From contig OZ037770.1 of NCBI GenBank assembly GCA_964035545.1, positions 7,942,973-8,006,972 on the forward strand: a stretch of DNA of 64,000 bases, read 5' to 3'. The DNA comes from Bugula neritina (taxonomy: Eukaryota; Animalia; Bryozoa). Below are positions 35,157-47,700 of this stretch, piece by piece. Both the position numbers and the translations under genes were made by a program. The notes under the pieces were generated by a model. The model ran no database searches. It was not told where the DNA came from and was given only the letters and a program-made list of their open reading frames with translations. Every line of letters starts with the position of its first letter. Position 1 is the stretch's first letter.

Positions 35157-36429
35157 AAACAAGTACTTCAGAAGGCATTGGTTTCAGACTACACAAATCA
35201 TAATACTCTAAGAAACTATTTTACGCTCTTGGAATCAACGGGAAAGGTCTTCAACAATGGCGGAATAGATATAGATAGAGAGGAATACGAGAAAGGTTAC
35301 AGTCTAATGGCCTTTGATTTAACTCCTGACCTAGATTTGAGCACTTGCTTTCATTTGATAAAGCGAGGAACAATAAGATTAGAGCTAAAGTTTTCTCAGG
35401 CACTTGACACACCCGTTAATGTGATTGTCTACTCCGAATTTGACTCTGGTATAAAAATTGATAAGAATAGAGCCGTACTTACAAATTTCTACGCGTGATG
35501 AATTCTAAAGAAATATATTCCATTCTTGAGAACGACGAGTGGGTGAAAAAGATGAACTTCATCGGTGTATTTCCAATCGATAGAATACCTAGTAGTAGTT
35601 TGACGGATTATCCTTGCTGTGGAGTTGTAAACACTAAACCTCACAATCATCCGGGAGAGCACTGGGTGATTTTTCTAAAGACAGAAAATAACACAGGAGT
35701 TTATTTTGACTCTTTTGGAAGTGGTCTTTACAACATGCCAGAGGTTTCGACTATATTTGATTCAGTGGACTCTTGGCAATTTAGTAGCACTCAGCTACAA
35801 TCTATATTTTCTACAGTTTGCGGTCAATATTGTATTTTTGTGTTAACGCATTTAGCCAGAGGTTTCTCACTAGAACACATTATATCTTTAATAAATGATT
35901 GTTGTGATACATACACAAATGATGCTTTTATATTTAATTACATTAATCAAAAATATAGTAATTTTTTAAATAAAAAACTGGAAATTGTAGACTTACCTTT
36001 TATTTTTGAGCAAGCTTCTTACCCTGTTAAAATTTAAAGCTGTAATATTCTATTATGACATTTTTTTTCAAGAAAATAAACGCATGGTGAAAAAAATCTC
36101 TTTCTGGTTATTGAATATTATAAGGAGTGTAGAATTTACCAAAGTGACAACAGTGATATAACGAGGCTAACTAATCATAGATCAATTTTTTAGTATGTGA
36201 GATTCTGACTACGTAGTTAGTTAAAAGGTGTAATTTGTTCACTGTAAGCTAAATTTGATAGCTACCACCTGTCAACTTTACAGCTTACAATGCTAATTCA
36301 TCATTAACAAATACAATGCTCACATAGTTAACGAGATGCTAATTTACATAGCCATAGAGTGTACAGTTGACAAGTTGGCTGATGCTAGATGCTTACTTCC
36401 ATAGCCGTAGAGGCGCTTATTATACTACT
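35157..36429. repeat. Polinton right TIR (~1273 bp) including the MCP 3' fragment (35157-35498) and the protease gene
   Basis: Reverse complement of the joined left pieces 7160-7544, 15132-15246, 18672-18692 and 21861-22565. Confidence 0.95.
35495..36037 (+). CDS. Adenain-like (peptidase C5-like) maturation protease, intact right-TIR copy, 180 aa
   Basis: Catalytic H (GEHWV), D (YFDSFG), Q/C (LQSIFSTVCGQYC). Confidence 0.92.
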   Translation: MMNSKEIYSILENDEWVKKMNFIGVFPIDRIPSSSLTDYPCCGVVNTKPHNHPGEHWVIFLKTENNTGVYFDSFGSGLYNMPEVSTIFDSVDSWQFSSTQLQSIFSTVCGQYCIFVLTHLARGFSLEHIISLINDCCDTYTNDAFIFNYINQKYSNFLNKKLEIVDLPFIFEQASYPVKI

Positions 36430-36709
36430 AATTTCAAATGCCTATCATAATTAACTCATTTTACAATCTATTATGATCATCAATAAAACTTTATATTGTC
36501 TAACAATGCACATTGCTTTTCATGACAGGTTAAACTAGTTGAAATATACTAGCAACAAATATTTGCAAATATCGGTATAAAATATAATTTTAATCTTACC
36601 ATAGGAATCACAAATACTTGAAATTTACAATAAAAATATAAAACAGTGATACCATTTACAGCAAAACTATACTTTAATATGCATTAAAACCAGTGTTAAG
36701 CAACACATA

Positions 36710-37793
36710 GAGGAGAGTGGAGCTAGTCGAACTGTGGGGTTAGTTGAATCATGGTGTAGTGTTATGTTTACTCAGTAGTTCCCGTGGTGTAATGATTAGC
36801 ACACTTGCTTGCAAGCCAGAGGACTCAGGTTCGATTCCCAGTAGGGGCAAAGTTATATTACACATGGGGTTAGTTGAACCACGTGCTCTAAATTTTCCCC
36901 TATAAACCATTGCACTTTTTTACTTTAAAGCGTTTTATAGGTAAACGTACCAGACATATAAAAATATGTAAAATCAAAGTAGAAATTTTCAGGTCGGGTA
37001 AGCAAGTATTTTTCACATTTTTGCATAAAAAGTGAGCAAACTAAAAACTCAATTTTTCATAAAAAGTTGCATAGCATAGCATCTCAAATTTTAAGAGCCC
37101 AATCAAATAGATTCAGACATATATTTTCACCATGATCTCAAAGCTGGGCAATAACCTAAAGTTGGAGAGACATTCCACTCACTACAGATATTGACAATAG
37201 TTTATAGCGTGACAGCTAGCATGTGGCTAGTTGAATAACATAGGAAGTAGGGACAAGTTGAACCAGGTACCACTTCATATACGTGTAACTTGTTTAAAGA
37301 TGAATTACAAAAAAAAAACATCATTTGAAGGCTTTCTTACCAGTTTTTTTACAAATGCTTTGGTTTTAAAGTGTCTTCTGCGTCACCTGTCTTTAAGATG
37401 TTTAATTGTTACAATGACAATTTAGAGTTTCTGTTATTTGTTTATGGCAACTTATTCTGATTTTTGTTAATTATTTTTATTGTTAACTTTTGACAAATTG
37501 TTCTAAAACTTGCAAAATAGGTAAATTAACAGTGTATAGGTGTAATAGAATAAATGGCACTGGTTCAACTTTCACACAAGGTGGTTCAACCTGCCCCCTA
37601 CAGGGCGAGTTTTGCCAAAAAACTTGCAGTCAGAAAATTGATTCTATCTTAGTGTGTAAAATTTTTATATAGAAAAGGACAGCAACATATGATCGACTTT
37701 TATGGTGCTAGCCGGGTTAGCAAACATTTTCTTCAGAGCATAATATGCATGCTCAAAAACGCAATTTTTGGTTCAACTAGCACCACCCTTCCC
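36710..37793. mobile_element. Non-autonomous DNA transposon with imperfect ~24-bp TIRs, TA flanks and subterminal GGGGTTAGTTGAACC-like repeats
   Basis: GAGGAGAGTGGAGCTAGTCGAAC vs GTTCAACTAGCACCACCCTTCCC; the motif recurs at ~36737, 36866, 37250 and inverted at ~37562, 37584. Confidence 0.65.
36778..36849 (+). pseudogene. tRNA-derived sequence (pseudo-tRNA, possible TGC/Ala anticodon loop)
   Basis: A box TGGTGTAATGATTAG and B box GGTTCGATTCC at tRNA spacing; acceptor and anticodon stems pair poorly. Confidence 0.55.
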
Positions 37794-38285
37794 TACTAGC
37801 TCATAAAATATGATTTCTGATCTACTATACTAATCTGATGAGACTGGATCAAGTGGATACATACTAAACTATAAAAAAACATCAACTAAATAACACTGCT
37901 AGTGCCAAGTGGACAGAGAAATATCTCATTAGTAGTTTAATAAGTTATGTCAAATATTACCATGTCATGTATATAATGGTAATATTATTTGCAGCTCTAC
38001 TATATAAACTGGTTATTACAAATATTGAATAGCAAACGCATAAATAATTTCACATATGATGAGTTTAAATATACTTTGTATTTAAAATAGCCTGCTGTTT
38101 CAGTGTATATTATGCTTGGGAAGAATGAAATAGTTTTCCTATTTTATGTTAATCAACTGCAGTTTATGAACATTTGGTTGGTTAAGATAGCAGAACCACA
38201 TACACACTTTTGATAGTTTATTTGATTATTAGTGGTCAATACTACAACATTGGTATTTCTATTAACCAAATGCAGGCCTACAGTA

Positions 38286-38457
<172 letters not shown>

Positions 38458-40197
38458 GGGGAGGGAAAGGGAGTACTCACTCACATTAAGCAAAGCAGCA
38501 ATTACCACATCACAGCCTTATCACAGGACTTGAAGTTTATTGTTTATGTTACAAGTGTGTTATGTAAATACCTGTGATCTTGTTCACACTTGTTATCTAT
38601 TATAATCATGCACCTTTACAACTATAGGGTAATAAATGTTTAGTAGTTATAAGCTAATACAAATTACACTGATAGGGAATGCTGCGTGTACAGCTCAGAC
38701 TACATGCAGTGGGTGGAGGCTGTTGCTGTGTTAATGGTGGATGGTTAGAGTTAGTATGATGGTGCCAAGTAGCAAGGGGTCAGGTTCTGGAGGTAAGAGT
38801 GGTGCTATTCTTGTTTTGCTATCTTGATTACTCTATAGCCTATATGATATATTATAATATGCCTTATATTATAGTTCCAATCAAACGTGTATAATATATA
38901 CTGTACCATACTAATACTATATTTATACTATATCTATATACTACATTTTTAGTTATTCTTCATTTCAAGTTTTATCTAAATCTGACACCATATTATGTTA
39001 GCTATGCTTTAATCAATATAATATGTTCAAATCTATAAACATTATGTTTAATTATAATAATTGTATACATCTTCTTTTTTTTCTTTGCATGATAGATGAA
39101 TGCAGAAAAGTTGCAGTTCTGTATGTAATATTGTTTTTCTAGAATTTACACAGCAGCTGTATATATCTTATGCATGGCGTATGTATAATATACATATACA
39201 TATTAAGATTTTACTATCTTCTTAATATGCTATATATATATATATATATATATAGCATGAATACATTCATGCTACATTTACATGTTGGAATTAACTTTGA
39301 TTCATAACTTTAGATTATGTATTTGGGATTTTCAATCTCCATTTCACAAAGCAAAAACTATGCATGTTACAAATATCTCGTATAGAAAAAACTGTAAATT
39401 TACATCTCAATATTTATTTAACTATTATAATTGTACCTGTGTATCTCAAATTAAATTCATATCTATATTCATATAATATTCATTTTATGGTGTACTTACA
39501 CTTAGTTTTCTTTCCATATAATATAGTATATAATATTCATGCATGCTCAAATCATGCATGTTTGATTCCGCTGCCATATAAATCAGAGTTTGCTTTTCCA
39601 ACGTGACTAATTGTTGATTTCTCTATAATTTCTAATTGTTGGTTTTTGAAGCTGGGTTGTCACCCTCTTGCTCTCCTTCCACCCACTTCTAGGTCTTCAG
39701 TCAACCATTTTGGATGGTCTATGTACTATCTGTCATTCAATAGACATGTTCAGTCCACCTGGTATTTATTCTTCACCATTATGTAACATGGCCTTCACTT
39801 TGTGCAACTGCAGGGCTACTACACTTGTCTAAATTGTTCCTTTCCTAAGTAGCCCAAAATCTAAAAAGTATACACACAATACTATGGGGGTATATAATAT
39901 GCCAGATTGCCTCAAATAAGTTTCTACTTATATCATGAAAATATATCCTAATATTAAAGTGTATTGCTTCACAGATAACACAATGTTTCTGTATATTGGC
40001 TATATAGTTATTGTGAAACACTCTCAAAATATATATTCTATTATCTTTTAAGTTATGATAATTCTTATTTTCTATTACATTTTGAATAATAATACAAATT
40101 TAAATGATACAATACTTGATGTGTGATACTGCCATTCCACTCATCTGCATTCAAGTCTCTACCTTTGTCATGCACATACATAATACACACGCACGCA

Positions 40198-40229
<32 letters not shown>

Positions 40230-41799
40230 CGTATATATATATATATATATATAGTAATAGCTAGTATTAATAATATTATAATGTTATTAAAGTTGATGAC
40301 AACTCATACTCCAGTATACAACCATGTCTTCAGAAGTTGATACAACAAGTAGAAAAGGAAGAGCGACTCCATAAGAAAGCAAGAGACATTGTCTTTGTAT
40401 CTTTACTTGGGTGAGCACTAAAATTGTTCCTTTGTAAGTAAGTGATGCTACATGTGTTATATGTATTGATAGATCAAACATATACAAGCAATGTCTAATA
40501 AAGTTAAAGTTTCTGAGTTTGGCTAAAACAGCAACTCAAAGTAATGGTTTACACTTTACATGATCTAGCTTACATGGATTATGTGCGGTGTCCGTGTGTA
40601 CACGCATGTCTGTGTCACGGTACTTATTATCATGTACATTATGTACACCTGCCTTTATAATGTAGGGTAACAAAAGAGTTGCAAGACGATGAAGAACACC
40701 TGCTACACACCACACTGTACAAGATCCAGCGTTCACCAACTGCCCAACTCCGTGCCCTGTCTCTCATAAGAGAAGCCCTACACAAACTTACCCTACCCAC
40801 TCCTCCAACTAAAGCTAATCAGCACTGCCACCATCCTAATACACGCAAAGCTGTAAGATATGCCTTGTGAAGTTATCTTCTCGATTGTTGAAAATTACCT
40901 CTCAAATCGAGAAAAGCATTTCTTTTTCAAGTAGAATGTAGAAAAATCTGAACTATTGGTTTAATTTGATTTAGACCTTTAAATTTTGGTTGCTAGCCAT
41001 GTATGTTGCAGTCAAGTAGCATAATGCATAATTATCATTAGTATACTAAGTTCTATTACAATAGCAAATATTATGCTAACGTTGCTATGTAACAAAGACA
41101 AAGCTAGAAGTATTTCAAACTGTTTTATTTTGCATTAAGTTTATCGATGCATTGCAAAATTTATTGAGCATACAACTCCCAATGTGCATTTATTTACCCT
41201 AATAAATTATAGTAGCAAATATTTTCCAGCATTTAAATTTATTTGTGGGGCTTACCAAGCCAGTTGTACTATAGGCGTCCACTGCATTTAGAGAATCTAT
41301 ATCTATTTAGGCAACTATATTTTTAATTCTTTGCTATAGTTTTTTGCATTTTTATTTAATAAACTGTAAAAATGTAGAAATAATATCACTATGTCTGACA
41401 CTTTTAACTTAGAGGTATCTTTCACAGCCTAAAGCAGTCTTCCATGTAGGAGCTCAAGCTAAATTCTGCTTGTCTAAAAAGATTGCATGGTTGTAAGATT
41501 CATGTAGCTGGCTTGATTTTTATTACCATTTGTGTTCCTAAAATAGTTAACAAAGTTAACTAATATTGAATACAATAGAAATACAGTTGTGAAATCAATA
41601 ATAATCTCTCATCAATGCATATATATTTTACATATAATTATCTCAACTGTAAAATACTGGTATAGCAATACTAAACACTGTACAGTTATGTATACAATTT
41701 GTATTATATATACAAGTCATTAGATCATCTATTTTTGCATTATAGACTTAGTGTATAACAATAATCCTCCCTTTCAGCCTAAAGACTTGATATCGTCTA

Positions 41800-44700
41800 C
41801 TATAACTCATATGTAAATGATGTGTAACCAAAGTTGAGACACGCATCCACCTTGTGTCCTGCGCCAGCCACTGTTAGCATCTGCAACACAATGTATAATA
41901 TAGTGATGTAGAACAACTCCAACACAATGTATAACAAAGAGTGATGTAGAACAACTCCAATACAATGTATAACATAGAGAGGTGTAGAACAACTCCAACA
42001 CAATGTATAACATAGAGCGGTGTAGAACAACTCCAACACAATGTATAACATAGAGCGGTGTAGAACAACTCCAACACAATGTATAACATAGAGCAGTGTA
42101 GAACAACTCCAACACAATGTATAACATAGAGCAGTGTAGAACAACTCCAACATAACATAGAGTAAAGGCCTGGCCTCAAGCTTGTGAGAATCCCACAAAA
42201 CTCGTGTGACGATTTTCGTGAGTTACCCTCTCGTTATGACTAGCTACAAACTCGTCGGACGAAACACATAATAGATAGTCTGTGAATAAGTCTTGCACGA
42301 GATACAAACAGCAGAAAATTGCTAAAAGTTGCTAAAATTCTATTGACCAATCAAATGGTGCTTATCGTAAGTTGCTTATCGCTTGTTGCTTATCGTTAGT
42401 TGCGATTTTTCATCTATCGTCTTCGTTGGGTATACCTAACAAAGACGATTTCATTTGAATTCCCTCAAATTATATCGTACGTTTGTGTTTTCATGTCAAA
42501 TAGACGATTTCGTGTGATTCCCACAAGTTTGTGACCAGGCCTTAATATCACAAGAGCGTTAAGGTAACTGCATGTAGCTAAACACCATGTGTCACATATA
42601 CTCGTACTATAGTCTACCGGAGATCATTTTGCAAGTTATTTTTTAATATAACTGACATTGAAAAATTAATATACATCAACTATAGCTTAAAATGCACTAA
42701 AAATGTAGACGGATGAAGCAATACACATTAGCCTGAAAGTTGCTGACCAGAAATAACAAAATTTAGTGATCTCAAAAATCTTAGCAGTTACATCACAGAA
42801 TACGATATTTATAGAAACTTCTTACTAACTACTCTTAAACAATACTCAACAAAACTTTGCTGTCTAAAGTCAACATTGTAACACATTGTACGTTTGTACA
42901 TATTCTTTAAGAGTCTGTCTTGAACTGGAGTTGATGTAGAAATAAAGGCATATACTATATACTGCTAATACTCAGCACTGTAACAAGCTAGGGTCATTTA
43001 AGTCTGGATAGTTTTATTCTATCTACATAGTGTTGAAACATGAGCTGGTGTATAAAAACCACTGGGCAAAGAAATACTTACCTTTTTAGAGGGGTTGCCG
43101 TGGTTGACAGATATGCTGTAGACAGTAGAAGCACTGACAGGCACCTGGGTCTTGCACTCACCATTAATATTCCATTGGTAGATTAGTTTGCCACAACCAC
43201 CTGTGATAAGCTGTCAAAATAGATATAATACTCATGACACATCTAAGTGTTTGAGAAGATACCCTCTAAATAAGAAGCTGCATGCAGTAGATTGTATCTG
43301 AATAGTATTAGTGGTATATGATGTTATATAATAATACACTACCATGCCATCTGGATAGTATTAGCGGTATATGATGTTATATAATAATACACTACCATGT
43401 CATCTGGATAGTATTAGTGGTATATGATGTTATATATTAATACACTACCATGTCATGTGAGTAGTATTAGTGGTATATGATGTTATATATCGATACACTA
43501 CCATGTCATCTGGATAGTATTAGTGGTATATGATGTTATATAATAATACACTACCATGTCATCTGAATAGTATTAGTGGTAGATGATGTTATATAATAAT
43601 ACACTACCATGTCATCTGGATAGTATTAGTGATATATGATGTTATATAATAATACACTACCATGTCATCTGAATAGTATTAGTGGTAGATGATGTTATAT
43701 AATAATACACTACCATGTCATCTGAATAGTATTAGTGATATATGATGTTATATAATAATACACTACCATGTCATCTGGATAGTATTAGTGCTATATGATG
43801 TTATATAATAATACACTACCATGTCATCCGAGAACAATCCTGCATGCTGAGAATCTAGCCCGGTATCCATAGAGGTCAAAGGCCGGAGAGTTCTTTGGGA
43901 CCAGAGGCTAAGATGTGGAGCTCCACCACATGCCTTTGAAAGAAACAAAACTATGGTCATCTTGGTTGTAGTTATTAAAATAGTGTAGAATAAACTGCAT
44001 AGTAAATATTATAGTGTAGAATGTAGTGTAGTAGAGTATAAGTATAGCATACTATAGCATAGCATAGTATATTATAGCATAGTATATTGTAGTATGGTAT
44101 AGTATAGTGTAGTAGAGTGTAAGTATATCGTAGCATAGCATGAGTATAACATAGTAAAGTTTAGCATACTATAGCATAAGGATATTATAGTATAGTACAT
44201 TACTGTATAAGTATATTATAGTATAGCATAGCACATTCTAGTATAAGTATAGTATAATGCCTATTCCTAATTTCAGCATATGCTATAGTAAAGCTACTAT
44301 AATATATAATACATATTATAGTAGTTATTACAGCTGTATCATTTGCTATAATAGCTACAAGGTTTAGAGTTACTAACACAACTACATTTATTGCCATAAC
44401 ATGATAAACCAGAAAACTGACTATCAGATCATCTTGAGCTACAACCAGGGCCAACCATTTGCCAACATCTGGTCTATTTATAGCCGGCTCTTTACTGGGA
44501 GTTATCATACCCTGATGCTCTTTACCACTTTGTCTGCTGTCTGGAAAACACACACACATCATCATCATACACAATAGAGGAATGCATATTGAAGGTTTCA
44601 ACAAACAGGTATTAATAAATGCAGATATATGGAAGAAAGAGGATTAGATAGATTAAAACTCAATAAAGAATAAATCTATATCCAGAAATAAGTTGAATAC

Positions 44701-47700
44701 AGATTAGTTGGCTCTACGATATCTTAGTAAACAGGAAAGATATAGACTAGATGAATAAAATGTATAGATTAAAACTACCAAATAGAATTCTAGTTTATAT
44801 ATTATGTATTAATGAAACTTCTATTGCAAATTGACTGTTTGAAATATTTGTTACTGCCACCATACATTATGGTATATCATAGAAGGATGTTGGCTAGGAA
44901 TAATTTTAGATATTATATAATAGTATAGCTTATACCCCAGATGCGAACAGTTCCATCTTCTGACGCCGAGAGCAGAGTGTTACTTCCTGTGAGTTGAATA
45001 TCCTGAATAACATCAGTGTGACCACAGAACGAGCCCTGGTAATATGTACATAATATAATATAATATATACACAAATTGATATATACATAATATAATATGT
45101 ACGTGATATAATATATACGTAATAAAATATACACAATATAATATATACGCGATATAATATAAACATAATATAATATATACATAATATAATATACATATAA
45201 CATAATATAAACACAAAATAATATATACATAACATATAATATATACACGAAATAATATATACGCGATATGATATATGCATAATATAATATATACCAAGGT
45301 TGGGGTAATTGTAATTATTTGTAATTAATTCCATTTTCTCAAGTAATTGATTGTAATTTGTAATTGATGTAAAAAATGTAATTGTAATTAATTACATAGC
45401 TAATGTAATTGATTTTTACAATAGTTGGACTCTAAAAGTGAGATTATATAACTTTTATTTGTCTCTTGTGAGAACAAAAGAAATTGCAACTGTAATTAAT
45501 TACATTACCATGTAATTGTAATTAATTACATTAATTTTAAATGTCATTATAATTGTAATTGACAAATTTTCATGCAATTGTAATTAATTACATTCATGTG
45601 TAATTGACCACAACCCTGATACATACATAGTATAATATATACATATTCAATATAATATGCATAATATAATATATACATAACATAATATGCATATAATATA
45701 GAAATATATACATAGTATAGTGTATACATATTATATAATATATACATATTATACAATATATACATACTCAACATTGAAGACTTTGGAAATTACTATTAAT
45801 CATGGACAGCATATTGGCAGCAGTCTTAGTATGCTGTCTCATATCTGGGCCAACTACTTTATTACTCTATCGAGTGTTTTATTGCATTAAACTTAAACAC
45901 CTCATTACAAAGAACTTTAAGTAAATTGTGTATAAGTAAACGCCTGTAGTATTACTGGATATTAGAAATCAGATATAAGTATTGCATAATTTATACTGTT
46001 GACTTTCACATAAGTATTGTATAACTTGAACTAGAAGTAACAATAAACTACCCTCCATTTCATCAAAAGTATTTTAGGTACAACTACTTGCGCCAAACAC
46101 CAGAAGTAATTGCATGCAGAAGTTAAAAGAAATATTTCTATCAAGTTTTCAGTATAAAGAATAACTGAACAGACAGGATTAACGTACAGAGAGGACACCA
46201 GAGTCAAGTTTCCAAGTGTATGTTTTACCATCTCCACAACCAGCATATAATACATCATTCTGAAATATGTATTATATCATAGCACTATATGTAGCATAGT
46301 TTACAGAATATTACACTGATTATACTACATCTATACTATACACAATGCTGTAACATTGTGTACATATTGTAAGTAATTATAATACAGTTATAATATACAT
46401 ACAACACTTTATTTGTGATATTATTCGTTCAGTAAACATGTGATACAAACAACATTCGCTGGCAAATCTGTCAAAAATGTTAACAAATTGCTTGCTTTAT
46501 TATATCTGAACTTGCAGTGAAGTGAACACTGAATTACATCTAAATATTTTAACATATGCACATAGGTACAATACAAAGTGCAGCCTACTTACCTCCTTAC
46601 ACACCTCTAAACTGTTGGCTTCTGTCAGATCAGATCCACTGCAATAGAACATATTATGTAATACCCAGGAGGTCCACACCTGCCCACAGAGCAACTCATT
46701 CATTATTTCATATGGTAACAAACTAAAGCTACTGTAGGCTATAGAATACTGGCAGTGTATTGGACCACAGGCTCACAGACACGATACACAGCATTTCTAA
46801 AAAATGTTCTATAAACAGCTTCGAGTCAGGGGTGAAAGAGAGAAGTAGGTTGGGGGGGGGTCAAGATTAGAGTTAGGTCCCCAGCTCCAAACTCGAGAAC
46901 TCCTCAAACTTAGAGCTGCTTATAAAACAATTCAATTTTCACGGCATATATTAAATGTTTGAGTGTAGGACATACGAGTGTAGTGAGAAGTATACAGAAC
47001 AAACTGCTGTTAAAACAGCCAAAACAATAAACTATTTTTTACTTAACACTGAACACTTCACCTAAACGCCGTTAAAGTCTAATGCAATTCACTACCAAGT
47101 CTATAATCACAAGTCTTCCCGAATTAGTTATTTAGCAATGCATATGAGTAGCGGGTGTAACAATGTGGATTTCGTGTAAAGGGAGAGTAAAAGTTTATTC
47201 TGCACTGCTTGCACTCGCTATAACAACTGACTGCTTTACAATCAAGCACTAATAATATTGCACTCAAAACCATGACTAATAAAATAAGTACATTAACCTT
47301 TCACACATAATTGGTAAAACAGATGTGGACACTTAGCCAGGATACAACAACCCTTTCTTTCTTGAAAAAGCTTTAATACTAGCATAATAAAAATTTATAA
47401 CAATTTAGCAAACTTCAGGTAAACCAAAAACATAATACCATAAAATTAATACTGAAATAAACTAAGTAAAGCCAAATTACAGTGAACCTTGAAAAGCTAT
47501 AGTTTACATAAAATGCATAATATCAAACTAAAGTAACTAAACTAAGTACAGTGAGCAGTGTGGAATGAGCTGAGGGCAAACCTGCAATGAAGGACACACA
47601 GAGCCACCACCGAATCCCACAGCCACAACACACAGCCCCAGCAAGACACGCCAACCAACTACTAGCAAGTATCAGACTGGTCCAGATTACACAAGTCTCG

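Larger units (their letters stand above)
7160..36429 (-). mobile_element. Polinton/Maverick (adintovirus-like endogenous dsDNA virus), full length, decaying, with three nested LTR elements in its left TIR
   Basis: Ends AGTAGT...ACTACT; 6-bp TSD AATTTC at 7154-7159 and 36430-36435; long TIRs; pPolB, packaging ATPase, rve integrase, minor and major capsid and adenain protease genes. Confidence 0.96.

Noticed and set aside
35157-36429. Inverted duplicate as an assembly artefact or a second Polinton
   Set aside because: The copies differ by about 3% and matching 6-bp TSDs flank both outer ends, indicating a single element.
38675-40870. Possible plus-strand exons of another host gene (38675-38792, 40670-40870)
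   Set aside because: Some splice-like signals and coding-like composition, but no consistent model or recognisable protein.
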